A stretch of 63,956 nucleotides of DNA, the filler included, from NCBI GenBank assembly GCA_964501035.1. It is 16 parts of 16 records of this genome, joined end to end, with 100 filler letters (N's around TTAATTAATTAA, not from the genome) between each part and the next. Parts side by side here need not be neighbours in the genome. Positions count along the whole stretch, not along the records: positions 1 to 4,845 come from CAZCRK010000086.1; positions 4,946 to 9,764 come from CAZCRK010000087.1; positions 9,865 to 14,559 come from CAZCRK010000088.1; 13 more parts are not named here. One strand, given 5' to 3'. The position numbers and the translations under genes were made by a program. The notes beneath the pieces were generated by a model. That model was given only the letters and a program-made list of their open reading frames with translations. It searched no databases and had not been told where the DNA came from. This document shows positions 1 through 10,712 of the stretch, one piece after another. The stretch's first letter is position 1; each line of letters starts with the position of its first letter.

Positions 1-8
1 TTAAGGGA

Positions 9-3000
9 GTGTGTCTTATGTACAATATTATCCTAACCGCAATATTCACTATAATCCTAAACTTAAACTATTTACATGCAACCGATGGACCAGCCCGAAA
101 TAAACAACAGGTGGACAAACCTGAAAATAATAGTTCAAATATTTCAAGGGATACTGGCCTATTATCGAATGGTGGCCTAATATCAAATAGTTCAGTAAGC
201 AATAACGACTTCTCTTTCATAAGAGAGAATACACAACAAGCAAATACAAGGCCTGCCAGCATTACCAGCAACACGGTTAATGATTATGTTAGCAGTATTG
301 ATAACGATGATCAATTAAGTTGGGATAACCCCCATAATATAAGCCAACGCGATTTGCTAGCTTCTGGAAGCGATCCTCAGATTGCCCAAGATGAAGATGG
401 TAATCTTTATGCTACATTTATTCATGATATTGGCGGGTCTTACAGTGAGCCGGATGGTTATACAGATATGGTCGTTTATAAGTCAGTAGATAATGGCACG
501 ACCTGGGATTATCAGTTCTATATTTACAATAGTTCAGGCAATCATATAACTGAACCTGATATAGAGACCATCGATGATCGATTGTTATTCCTGTATGTTC
601 GAGGCGCTGCTATAAGATTATTCTGGTCCATGCTTGATGATTCTGATTATGGCAGTACGGTGTTAACACTTCCTGATGGTTTTGATACGTTTGATTGGGG
701 ATCTATGATGGCTGATAAATTTTATTATCCCATAGAGAGCACCTGGATATACGTAACCTATAGTGTTTGGAACTCAGAGACTGGTGACGGAGGTATATAT
801 TACACACGCTCCACTGATTTCGGTCTCAGTTTTGATAACCTTACTGAAATGTGGGTTGAGAGTTCTTACACAACTGACACAGCGGCAGATTTTTATAATT
901 ATCGAGGAGGCTTAGCGATTGCCTATTCAACCGCAGAACCGGGAGGTGATGTTGATTATGTCTGGACTACCTTATCAATGAATGGCGATGTACATACATC
1001 CCAGATTGATGTATATACAAATACAGTCACAAACACTATTGTTATGGCTGCAGATGATTATAATTCTCATGTTGCATCCTCTATATCAGCCTATTATGAA
1101 AACATTGGAGTTTTTGCAACAACACACTGGAATGATGAGTTAGCGCAGCCAGATGTTGGTATGACCTTTAGCTATGATGAAGGAACAAACTGGGGCGATG
1201 ATTATGACTGGTATTACTGGATTGATGATAATGATTATTGGGATTATGCAACCGCTCCAAATTTTGCACCAGATGGGGTTCTAGGTTTTGCATACGCATC
1301 ATATTTATCCGACCAAAATAATGAAGTGAATTTTAGAACAAATGTATCTGGGAATTTTTTGAATGGATGGAATCCTGTCACAACAGTTGAATCTGGGGCA
1401 GGGGATGTATTCAAAATCGGTTCGGTTATACAAAACAATTATTTTTCAATGGTTTACGATGATGAACAAGATAATGAAGTGAATTTTTCAAGTTATGTTA
1501 TAGAAACAATACAATATGGTAGCGTATCCGGTGTGGTTACCAGTGCGGTAACCGGTTCGCCTATACAAAATGCAATAGTTCAAATTGTGAGTCAGGTTGT
1601 TTATACCGACGCGAGCGGGAACTACTTTATTGATGATGTCTCTCCTGCTGTATTAGAAGCCAATTTTTTCGCCCAGCCGCTTGAAGGGAATGCACCGCTG
1701 GAAGTTCAATTTTACAATAATACATCAACTGATGAAAATTCAATTACAGTAACCAAAGAAGGATATGCAACCTATTTTGATAATACACTTGAAGTTATTG
1801 TAGGCCAAACAACTAATTATAATGTTTCGCTTTCACCCTTGGATGATAACTGGATGAGATTTGTGTTAAATTGGGATGATGATCCACCTGATCTTGATAT
1901 CCATTTGATAACAGAGACATCTCACATTTATTGGAATAATGTGGGAGCAGCCGACCAATATCCATATGCTACGCTAGATGTAGATGTAACTGATGGGTAT
2001 GGTCCTGAAACAATAACAATATCAGAATCATCTCCTGAGCCTTATATACTGTATATACATAATTACTCGACAGATCCTTCAATCACTCAATCTAATGCAG
2101 TGGTGCAATGCTACAGTAATGGAGAACCTATATTCACGGTTTCAGTTCCTGCTACGGGAAATGGTGAATACTGGCACGTTGCTGATATAAATGGACAGAC
2201 AAACTCATATACACTTGTAAATACGCTTCAGTCTGGTGCTCCAGAGATTGAAAGTGGTGGCGGAGATCATGTGATCGGAATTGACATAATGACTGATAAC
2301 TATCCAAGCGAAACAACGTGGGATATTGAAGATTATTTTTCAGGAGATGTAATAGCATCAGGCGGACCACTCGCTGACCAAAATACCTTGCATCAATGGG
2401 ATATAGATGTGCCAACTAGTGATTATATATTTACAATATATGATGTTTATGGTGACGGCATTTGCTGCGCTTATGGCGATGGGTATTATACAATATATGT
2501 TGATGGAAGTGAGTTACAGACCAGTAATTTTAGTGAAGCAGAAGAATCTGTCTATATAGACCTTACTGGTGGGAGAGGGAATGGTGGAACATTTCAGACA
2601 TCACGTGCAAGCTACGTTGATTCTGTCCCATTTGAAAAAGGCACTACTCTTAGCGATGAATTTGTTGAATCTTGGCCAATAAATGAGCACATGGTAATTA
2701 ACCAAGGAAATTTTGGAGAAGGTCCTGAATTGCCCGAACCCAAACCGGTAAATCATACGCGCGACATAACCTATACTTGGGATTTTGGAGATGGATATAC
2801 AAGTACATCAGACATTCCTACACACACATATAATGCTGCTGGAGTATACACCGTCACCCTGACTGCGACTGATGGAGCAAATATAAGTTTTTTTCAAAGG
2901 ACAAATTATATTAACGTCAGCACTGGTGGAGAAAATACTGCCCCAGTAGTAGTGGATAATATTGAAGATCAAATATTTAATCCCGGAGAGGATATCAGTG

Positions 3001-4688
3001 TAAATCTAAACAGCGTATTCAGCGACGCAGATGGCGATGTGTTATCGTACGACGTGGTAAACTCTAATGCATCTATTGTGAATGCCAGCATATCAGGAAC
3101 CTACCTAAATCTGGTTGCAATTTCAGCAGGTAACGCAACAATTACGATAACAGCAACGGATCAGTATGGGGACTTCGCAACTGATGAGTTCGATGTGCAG
3201 GTAAATGCTGGCAACAGTCCTCCTGTGGTATTTAATGAAATACCTAACGTTGGAGTTCTAATAGGAGAAGCACTAGAAGTTGACCTTATTAGTTCTCAAG
3301 TATTTATTGATTCAGATGGGGATAATCTATCATTCACAGTCACTTCTACAAACTCATCTATCGCATCTGCAAATATTACAGTTTCAATATTAACTGTTGA
3401 AGGGATTACTGCGGGTGTTGCTGATATCGTTGTAATTGCTGATGATGGTAATGGAGGTAGTGCATCTACACAATTTACCGTAACTGTTTCAACACCTGGT
3501 GTATTTTATGGCCCAGAACTTGACGAATTTCCTACAATAACACTTGATGAGGATGGGACATCTGAAGCTTTGAATCTTGATGAGTATGTGAGTGATCCTG
3601 ATACAGAACTGGAGGATCTATTTTGGTTTGCTTCATTGGCAGGAGCACCTGGAATTTTGGTTCAAATAGATCCGCTTACTCATATTTTAACGGTTCATGG
3701 TATAAATGATTGGAATGGCCAGGCACAGTTTACAATTCTTGTCAGTGATGGTGCAAACCTCGCAATGGCTGTGATTGACGTGGTGGTTAATCCTATAAAT
3801 GACCCACCAATTATCCTACCCATATCCGGAATCGCATTCATGGAAGATGAGAATATGATTCTACCCATTAACCAGTATGTAGTAGATATAGACAATGCTT
3901 TTTCATCATTGGTATTGTCTACTGAGGGCAATATCAATGTTCAATCCATAGTAAGTAATCAATCCATAACTTTTAGCGCCACAGCCGACTGGTTTGGACA
4001 AGAGCAGTTAACTTTAGATGTTTCCGATGGCGAATTTAGTACAACAACAACATTAAATGTTGTTGTTGTACCAGTTAATGACGCACCCACTGCGGCATCT
4101 CTTGTAAGTCCAGTAGACGGTTCCACATTATCATCTGGGAGTGTTGATTTTGAGTGGGATGCCGCAATGGATGTGGATATAAATGACCAATTGAACTATG
4201 TGCTAATGGTGGCTACCGATCAAAATATTGAAAACGTAGTCAATGAGACAGAAGGTGTTGATCTATTAAGTGCAATGCTCAATATCGATCAGGCAGGGAT
4301 TTATTATTGGTTAGTGAAAGTGAGCGATCTTGAAGGTGAAGTATCTTCATCTGAAATTAGATCATTCACATTGGAAGCATTATCTGTCGATTCCCAAAGT
4401 GGGTTTCCGGATGAATATGCTTTAGTGCAGAATTATCCAAATCCATTTAATCCCAGTACGTTTATTCCATACAATTTGCCACAAAGTTCTTTTACAAGCA
4501 TTTCGGTCTTTGATCTAAAAGGAAATAAAATAAATACAATATTAAATCAACAGATGAATGCAGGTTTCCATAGTGTTATTTGGGATGCAAGAAATGATTT
4601 AGGCAAAAAAGTTTCTGCAGGCGTTTATATATATACCATACAAGCGGGAGAGTTCAGGCAGACTAAGAAAATGGTACTGCTTAAATAG
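9..4688 (+). CDS. Large secreted multidomain protein (BNR/Asp-box propeller, carboxypeptidase-regulatory-like, YfaP/DUF2135-like, PKD, cadherin/Ig-like repeats, C-terminal FlgD/Por-type sorting domain)
   Basis: 1559-aa ORF with RBS-like AAGGGAG at 3-9 (start GTG 9 or ATG 18); signal peptide; Asp-boxes SVDNGTTW, STDFGLSF, SYDEGTNW; WDFGDG PKD motif; VNDAP repeats; tail NYPNPFNPST...GVYIY...KMVLLK. Confidence 0.85.
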   Translation: MCLMYNIILTAIFTIILNLNYLHATDGPARNKQQVDKPENNSSNISRDTGLLSNGGLISNSSVSNNDFSFIRENTQQANTRPASITSNTVNDYVSSIDNDDQLSWDNPHNISQRDLLASGSDPQIAQDEDGNLYATFIHDIGGSYSEPDGYTDMVVYKSVDNGTTWDYQFYIYNSSGNHITEPDIETIDDRLLFLYVRGAAIRLFWSMLDDSDYGSTVLTLPDGFDTFDWGSMMADKFYYPIESTWIYVTYSVWNSETGDGGIYYTRSTDFGLSFDNLTEMWVESSYTTDTAADFYNYRGGLAIAYSTAEPGGDVDYVWTTLSMNGDVHTSQIDVYTNTVTNTIVMAADDYNSHVASSISAYYENIGVFATTHWNDELAQPDVGMTFSYDEGTNWGDDYDWYYWIDDNDYWDYATAPNFAPDGVLGFAYASYLSDQNNEVNFRTNVSGNFLNGWNPVTTVESGAGDVFKIGSVIQNNYFSMVYDDEQDNEVNFSSYVIETIQYGSVSGVVTSAVTGSPIQNAIVQIVSQVVYTDASGNYFIDDVSPAVLEANFFAQPLEGNAPLEVQFYNNTSTDENSITVTKEGYATYFDNTLEVIVGQTTNYNVSLSPLDDNWMRFVLNWDDDPPDLDIHLITETSHIYWNNVGAADQYPYATLDVDVTDGYGPETITISESSPEPYILYIHNYSTDPSITQSNAVVQCYSNGEPIFTVSVPATGNGEYWHVADINGQTNSYTLVNTLQSGAPEIESGGGDHVIGIDIMTDNYPSETTWDIEDYFSGDVIASGGPLADQNTLHQWDIDVPTSDYIFTIYDVYGDGICCAYGDGYYTIYVDGSELQTSNFSEAEESVYIDLTGGRGNGGTFQTSRASYVDSVPFEKGTTLSDEFVESWPINEHMVINQGNFGEGPELPEPKPVNHTRDITYTWDFGDGYTSTSDIPTHTYNAAGVYTVTLTATDGANISFFQRTNYINVSTGGENTAPVVVDNIEDQIFNPGEDISVNLNSVFSDADGDVLSYDVVNSNASIVNASISGTYLNLVAISAGNATITITATDQYGDFATDEFDVQVNAGNSPPVVFNEIPNVGVLIGEALEVDLISSQVFIDSDGDNLSFTVTSTNSSIASANITVSILTVEGITAGVADIVVIADDGNGGSASTQFTVTVSTPGVFYGPELDEFPTITLDEDGTSEALNLDEYVSDPDTELEDLFWFASLAGAPGILVQIDPLTHILTVHGINDWNGQAQFTILVSDGANLAMAVIDVVVNPINDPPIILPISGIAFMEDENMILPINQYVVDIDNAFSSLVLSTEGNINVQSIVSNQSITFSATADWFGQEQLTLDVSDGEFSTTTTLNVVVVPVNDAPTAASLVSPVDGSTLSSGSVDFEWDAAMDVDINDQLNYVLMVATDQNIENVVNETEGVDLLSAMLNIDQAGIYYWLVKVSDLEGEVSSSEIRSFTLEALSVDSQSGFPDEYALVQNYPNPFNPSTFIPYNLPQSSFTSISVFDLKGNKINTILNQQMNAGFHSVIWDARNDLGKKVSAGVYIYTIQAGEFRQTKKMVLLK

Positions 4689-4845
4689 ATTTACCTTTTA
4701 CAAATAAGGATCTAAAAAAAGAACTTAATAAAAAGGCTTTCTCATGAATCGATCTTTCTTGACCGCAATATTATTTATAAGTATAAACTTTCCAAATAAA
4801 GTCATAGCTGGGTGGACAGAGACCTTCGAAACAGCTGCCACTCCA

Positions 4846-4945
4846 NNNNNNNNNNNNNNNNNNNNNNNNNNNNNNNNNNNNNNNNNNNNTTAATTAATTA
4901 ANNNNNNNNNNNNNNNNNNNNNNNNNNNNNNNNNNNNNNNNNNNN
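4846..4945. other. Artificial contig spacer (44 N + TTAATTAATTAA + 44 N), first of 15
   Basis: Identical 100-nt all-frame-stop linkers also at 9765-9864, 14560-14659, 19073-19172, 23511-23610, 27898-27997, 31966-32065, 35982-36081, 39786-39885, 43576-43675, 47216-47315, 50714-50813, 54197-54296, 57660-57759 and 61101-61200; contig lengths decrease monotonically. Confidence 0.99.
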
Positions 4946-7900
4946 GTTGTTGTAGCATCAACACTGCCAACATTAGTATAACCTCCACCTGAAGTTGTAG
5001 ATCTATAAACTTCATAGGCTAATAACTCTCTTGGCATATTTGAAGCTTCATCTATTAAACTAGAGAATGCACCATGTACATGCTGAACTTTAGGACCTGA
5101 CACACTAGAAAATTGGCCACCACAGTCACCACCATCATTATCATAGCAAGTCAAATCACAGCCATATTGCTGATCTTCACAATCTGGGTATCCATCACCA
5201 ATCCATGATTCTGGGCAACAATCATCATCAGCACAATCATCAACCATGCCTGGTAGGTCAGAACAATCTTGCTCTTCATTACAAGCTGCGGTTGCTTCAT
5301 ACCAAGCAGAAGTACCATCATCAAAACTCATTGTAAAGGTTTCCTGTGCACTAAGAGGGAATCCATAAAAATAAAAACCTTCAGTAAATCCATATGCACT
5401 AAGGTCAAGGTCACCGCCACTATAATTAATATTAGTTGCTAAACAACCACCTTCCCAGTAAAAATAAAAATAACCTGATCCATCAGTCCAGCAATCTCCA
5501 TATGCACCGTTTGGATCATAACCATAAGCAATAAATGAACTTGAACAAACACCATCATCACCGCCGCCGCCGCCACCACCGCTAGGAGAAGACCAATTTA
5601 AAGTCACACTTTGATCACCCGCTGATGCAGATAAATTTGTAGGGGCATCAAGTTCCTCATAAGAACAACTGCCATCATCAATTGTTGCATCAGGATCATA
5701 GTTTGTTGCATCAGGATCCATACAACCCCAACAAGAATAATCGCAGCTACCATCATCATAGGTAGCATCAGAATCATAGTTACATCCATAATCATCAGTA
5801 CAACCAAATGAACCATCACCAATAACAAATGGGTCACCTAAATCAACATCAATGGCAACTCCACCTGCATCCGATAGTGTTACATCTGTTAGATCAAAAT
5901 ATCCATCACTTCCAGAAAAAGCTGCATCTAAAACAGTAAGAACGCCTTGACCAGCAGGAATTGTTGCTCCTGTAAATGAGAACCCTAGGACTATACCATC
6001 TGGACTAGTTGACACTGTAAATCCAGCATCAGCTGCAGTACCTCCAGAAGCACCAGATAAAGCAAAGTCAGCAAAACTAGAAGTTGCTGTAAACTGGAAT
6101 CCTGCAACAGGAACATCATTAAATAAATTTATAGTAACAGTACCATCACCAGCATCGCTTATCCATAATGTTGTATTTTCAAGTGGAGTATCAGGACAAT
6201 CAGAAACATCACACACCTGTGATCCATCCCAACAATCTGTGTAATCACTGCAACCATCATCACAAGCATAAATAGCACCTGGGCCATCACACACACCACA
6301 TTCATCTACAACTGCACTACCGCCACACTCACCTGCACAATCTTCATCTATTGTACAGTTACCTTCACAATCAAAATTTTCTGGGGGATATTCACATGAG
6401 CCATCATCCCATACAGCATCAGCATCATAATTACATGCTTCCATATCCATACAACCCTCAACTGGACCAGCATAATATTCAAATTCTAATGCATCACCAT
6501 TTGGATCAGACACAACTATACCTGAAAGTCCTGTCCAATCACCTTCAAGAGTGAGAGATGTTAATAATCCACATCCAGCAGGAATGACCGCGCCCGTAAA
6601 TGAGAATCCAAGTACAACATTCCCTCCCACAGAAACTGTAAAGCCTGCATCTGCTGCTGCACCACCTTGTGCTGCTGTTGCTGTACCTCCATCAATATTA
6701 AATTGGAATCCAGCAATATCTGAATCGGAATTAAACAAAACAAAAGTATTACTTACACCCCCTTGTCCACCATATAAATACAAATTATTCATTGGGAGAT
6801 CACACCCATCTGTAATATCAGGAGGACCACATTCATCATCACTTGTTGCATCGCCGCCACATTCACCACATATATCTTCTACATTACCATCACAGTCACA
6901 TGCACCATCAGCAATACCACCACCGCCACATTCACCGCATTCATCTACAACTGCTGCGCCACCACATTCACCTGCGCAATCTTCAATAGCTGTACCACCA
7001 CATGCACCTGCACAATCTGTTGTTTCATCTCCACAACAACCATCATCATTTAAACCTGAACCATCACAAACGCCACATTCATCAACTTCTGCTGTTCCAC
7101 CACAATCACCTGCGCAATCTTCAACAGCTGTACCATCGCACACACCGTCACAATCATAAACACCACTTTCACAATCATCACCACCGCCATCATAATAACT
7201 AAAATCAATTGCGTTTGCACTTGGATCTGACATAACAATACCAGAAAGGCCTGTAGCTTCACCACTAAGAGCAAGGGAGGTAAGAGTACCACATCCAGCT
7301 GGGATAAAAGCTCCAGTAAATGAGAATCCAAGAACCGTTGAACCGCCTGCTGATACTGTAAAGCCAGCATCTGCCGCTGCACCACCTGATGCACCAGTAG
7401 CCGTAGCTCCATCAATATTAAATTGGAATCCACCAATATTTGTATCTGAATTAAATAAAACATCACCATTAGACCACAATAATAAATTATTTGTTGGAAG
7501 ATCACAACCATTTGTGATATCATCTCCACCGCCACCACCATTATCAACCCAATAACTAAAATCAATTGCGTTTGCACTTGGATCTGATATAACAATACCA
7601 GAAAGGCCTGTAGCATCACCACTAAGAGCAAGGGTGGTAAGTGTACCACATCCAGCTGGGATAGAAGCTCCAGTAAATGAAAATCCAAGAACCGTTGAAC
7701 CACCTGCTGATACTGTAAAGCCAGCATCTGCTGCTGCACCACCTGATGCACCAGTAGCCGTAGCTCCATCTACATTGAATTGGAAGCCACCAATAGCTGT
7801 ATCTGATTTAAATAAAACATCTCCATTGGATGTTAAAAATAGTTGGTTTGTATCCAGTTCACACCCATCTGTAGGGTCTGCAAAGATAAAACCAGTTAAA

Positions 7901-7953
7901 AATAAAATTGAAATTAATGTTGACATAAACATTTTGTGAGTTCGATTTAACAT
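4946..7953 (-). CDS. Secreted Cys/Asp/Gly-rich surface protein with four cohesin-like modules, GCTD/DCxGxCGG repeats and an FN3 domain (3' truncated)
   Basis: Signal peptide; 4x (I/V)(G/A)GFQF...GGxAADAGFTVS...VLGFSFTGAxIPAGxG; many DECGVCDG/DCAGECGG and GCMD..ACNYD..A..DDGSC repeats; APTNLSASAGDQSVTLNW...YEVYRS FN3 motifs. Confidence 0.85.
7195..7870. repeat. Intragenic tandem duplication (~357-nt period) of the cohesin-like module
   Basis: ATCAATTGCGTTTGCACTTGGATCTGA... at 7204 and 7561, followed by long near-identical sequence. Confidence 0.9.
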
Positions 7954-8159
7954 TGATCGATTCCTTTCTTTTCAGTTTTTAAAACAAATTTTTTATTTCC
8001 GCACTGTAACTTTACTTATCATGCACACGTTAATAATAGCAATTTTTTGTGTCAAATTGTTACAATTTATGTATGGGACAAGAGAGAGAATATACATAAT
8101 TCTGTAGAATTACAGAACATTTATTTTTTTTTGGATTATTAAGATAAAAAGGGTTTCAA

Positions 8160-9764
8160 TTAACTTTCTATTAACTGCCATCCATCCTCAATAAATTGAG
8201 GCACTTTTTTGTACTTAATAGTTTTTGTTTCACTACCTTTTTTTATAGTGACCTTATCATTGCGCCCTATTTTTTTATCTGCCTTAAGAGGTTCTCTTTT
8301 TTGATTTGGGACAATAGGTTTACTAGGTGTATTTAGAAAATTAGGTTGGGCTGAGGACTGATTTTGTTGAACTGGAGGCCTATTTATATTTGCTAAAATA
8401 TTTTGATCTCTTTTGGTTTGAATATTTTTTGGCTGCTGAGTATGATGCATAGGTCTTTGACTAAGATTAGAAATATCTGTTCTAAAGATTCTTTTTAATG
8501 TTTCTGCATTTGTGCTTTTCATCATTGATTCAAACATAGCAAAACCTTCATGCTTATATTCTACTAAAGGATTTTTTTGGCCATAAGCTCGCAATCCTAT
8601 CCCTTCACGAAGTTGATCCATCATATATAAATGGTCCTGCCACTGCTTATCTATCGTTCTAAGAATTATAAATCTCTGAAATTGTTCAAACATTTTTTCA
8701 TCAAAATATTCTTTCTTAAACTCAATAATTTTAGCAGTTCCCTCAATGATAATATTTTTTAAACTGTTAACATCTCCAACTGAAGAGTCTGATTTAATAT
8801 CTAGGGAGAATGTATTTAAAACTTCATTATTGATATGTAGAAAATCCCAATTTTCTATATTATTATCACTGCAGCATTCATCAATTAAATCATCTATATA
8901 TTCTTGAAGTATTTGATTGAGTTCAATAGAAATATCTTCTTCATGTAGTGAAAAATTTCTTCTGTTATAGACAACTTCTCTTTGATAGTTCATAACATCA
9001 TCATACTCAATAATATTTTTTCTTGAAGCAAAATTCATTGCTTCAATTTTTTTCTGAGCTCTTTCAATAGATTTTGTTATCATTGCATGCGTGATGACTT
9101 CTCCCTCTTTAATACCTAAAGTATCCATAACTTTTGCTATACGCTCTGAACCGAATAAACGCATTAAATCATCTTCTAAACTCAGATAAAATTCTGAATC
9201 TCCCTTATCTCCCTGCCTACCTGCTCTACCTCTTAACTGTAAGTCGATTCTTCTTGATTCATGCCTGCCTGTCCCTAAAATAAACAAACCCCCTAAATCT
9301 TTTACGCCTTCCCCTAATTTTATATCAGTTCCTCTTCCAGCCATATTTGTAGAGATTGTTATTGAATTTTTTAAACCTGCTCTTGTGACAATCTCAGCTT
9401 CCCTTTGATGTTGCTTTGCATTTAAAACATTATGAGGCAATTTAGCAGTTTTTAATAATCTTGAAAGCACCTCTGATTCATCAACAGATGTTGTCCCAAC
9501 TAAGATAGGTTGACCTTCATTATATAAATCATGGATTTTATCAATAATTGCTTTATATTTTTCTTTTTTTGTTTTATAAATCAAATCTTCATGATCATTC
9601 CTTTCAATAGAAGCATTTGTAGGAATTTCTATAACATCTAACTTATAGATCTGCATAAATTCTGAAGCTTCAGTAAGAGCTGTACCAGTCATTCCAGATA
9701 ATTTTTCATACATTCTGAAATAATTTTGAATTGTAATTGTTGCGACAGTTTGTGTCTCCCTTTG
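8160..9764 (-). CDS. secA: Preprotein translocase SecA, C-terminal part (5' truncated)
   Basis: LSGMTGTA, VLNAKQH, STNMAGRGTDIKLG, HESRRIDLQLRGRAGRQGDKG, LRAYGQKNPL motifs; frame open to the contig edge. Confidence 0.98.
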   Translation of the reverse strand, partial: QRETQTVATITIQNYFRMYEKLSGMTGTALTEASEFMQIYKLDVIEIPTNASIERNDHEDLIYKTKKEKYKAIIDKIHDLYNEGQPILVGTTSVDESEVLSRLLKTAKLPHNVLNAKQHQREAEIVTRAGLKNSITISTNMAGRGTDIKLGEGVKDLGGLFILGTGRHESRRIDLQLRGRAGRQGDKGDSEFYLSLEDDLMRLFGSERIAKVMDTLGIKEGEVITHAMITKSIERAQKKIEAMNFASRKNIIEYDDVMNYQREVVYNRRNFSLHEEDISIELNQILQEYIDDLIDECCSDNNIENWDFLHINNEVLNTFSLDIKSDSSVGDVNSLKNIIIEGTAKIIEFKKEYFDEKMFEQFQRFIILRTIDKQWQDHLYMMDQLREGIGLRAYGQKNPLVEYKHEGFAMFESMMKSTNAETLKRIFRTDISNLSQRPMHHTQQPKNIQTKRDQNILANINRPPVQQNQSSAQPNFLNTPSKPIVPNQKREPLKADKKIGRNDKVTIKKGSETKTIKYKKVPQFIEDGWQLIES

Positions 9765-9864
9765 NNNNNNNNNNNNNNNNNNNNNNNNNNNNNNNNNNNN
9801 NNNNNNNNTTAATTAATTAANNNNNNNNNNNNNNNNNNNNNNNNNNNNNNNNNNNNNNNNNNNN

Positions 9865-10693
9865 CATCATAAAGCAATACACCTAAATATCGAATTCGTC
9901 CAACACATGAGTGGAAACACGCTGGTGCTTGACCAGTTTCAATCCGTGGGAAGCAGAGAATACATTTTTCAGATTTTCCTGTACTCCAGTTGTAATACGT
10001 CTTTTTGTATGGACATGCTGAAACACATGATCTCCAAGACCTGCATCGTTCTTGATCAAGTAATACAATACCATCTTCACCACGTTTATACAACGCTCCA
10101 GATGGACAGGAAGCAACGCATGCTGGATTTAAACAATGATTACAAATTCGTGGAAAATAAAAGAATACCAATCGTTCAATTGCAAACAACTGTTTTTTTT
10201 GTTCTGCAGAAAGTGCATCTAGGTTAGGGTCATTTTTTGCATATAATGAAGAACCACCCAAATCATCATCCCAGTTTGGACCTGCTTCAACATCAATATA
10301 TTCACCCGTAACCATTGACTTTGGCATTGCAGTTGGTTGATCATCACCAGCTGGTGCATTAAATAAATTTTGATAATCATACGTCCATGGTTCATAATAA
10401 TCATCCATAGTAGGCATATGTGGATTATGAAAAATATTTGGAACAATCTTTGATTTGCTTGTTGATTTTAGCTCAAGATTTCCATTATTAACTTCCCAAC
10501 CACCTTTATATTTGTCTTGGTCTTCCCATTTTGTTGGAAATCCAGTACCCGGTTTGGTTTCTACGTTATTCCACCACATATATTCTGTACCTTTACGGTC
10601 AGTCCAAATGTTTTTACACGCGATACTACAGGTATGACATCCAATACATTTGTCTAAATGAAACACCATTGATATTTGACTACGAATATCCAT
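9865..10693 (-). CDS. narH: Respiratory nitrate reductase beta (Fe-S) subunit (3' truncated)
   Basis: LDKCIGCHTCSIACK, WWNNVETKPG, PRICNHCLNPACVASCPSGA, KSEKCILCFPR; ATG at 10693 with AAGGA RBS; directly follows narG. Confidence 0.96.
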
Positions 10694-10712
10694 CTTCAAA
10701 ATCCTTTTCTAA

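Noticed and set aside
4801..4845. GTGGAC...TTCGAA...GCCACTCCA resembling a tRNA/tmRNA 3' end
   Set aside because: The would-be T-stem does not pair, and the minus strand reads as an open ORF end (WSGSCFEGLCPPSYDFIWKVYTYK*). Too short to call.
6351..7939. Long alternative-frame ORFs (6551-7159 +, 7050-7769 -, 7634-7939 +)
   Set aside because: Shadows of the repetitive Gly/Cys/Asp codons of the real minus-strand gene.
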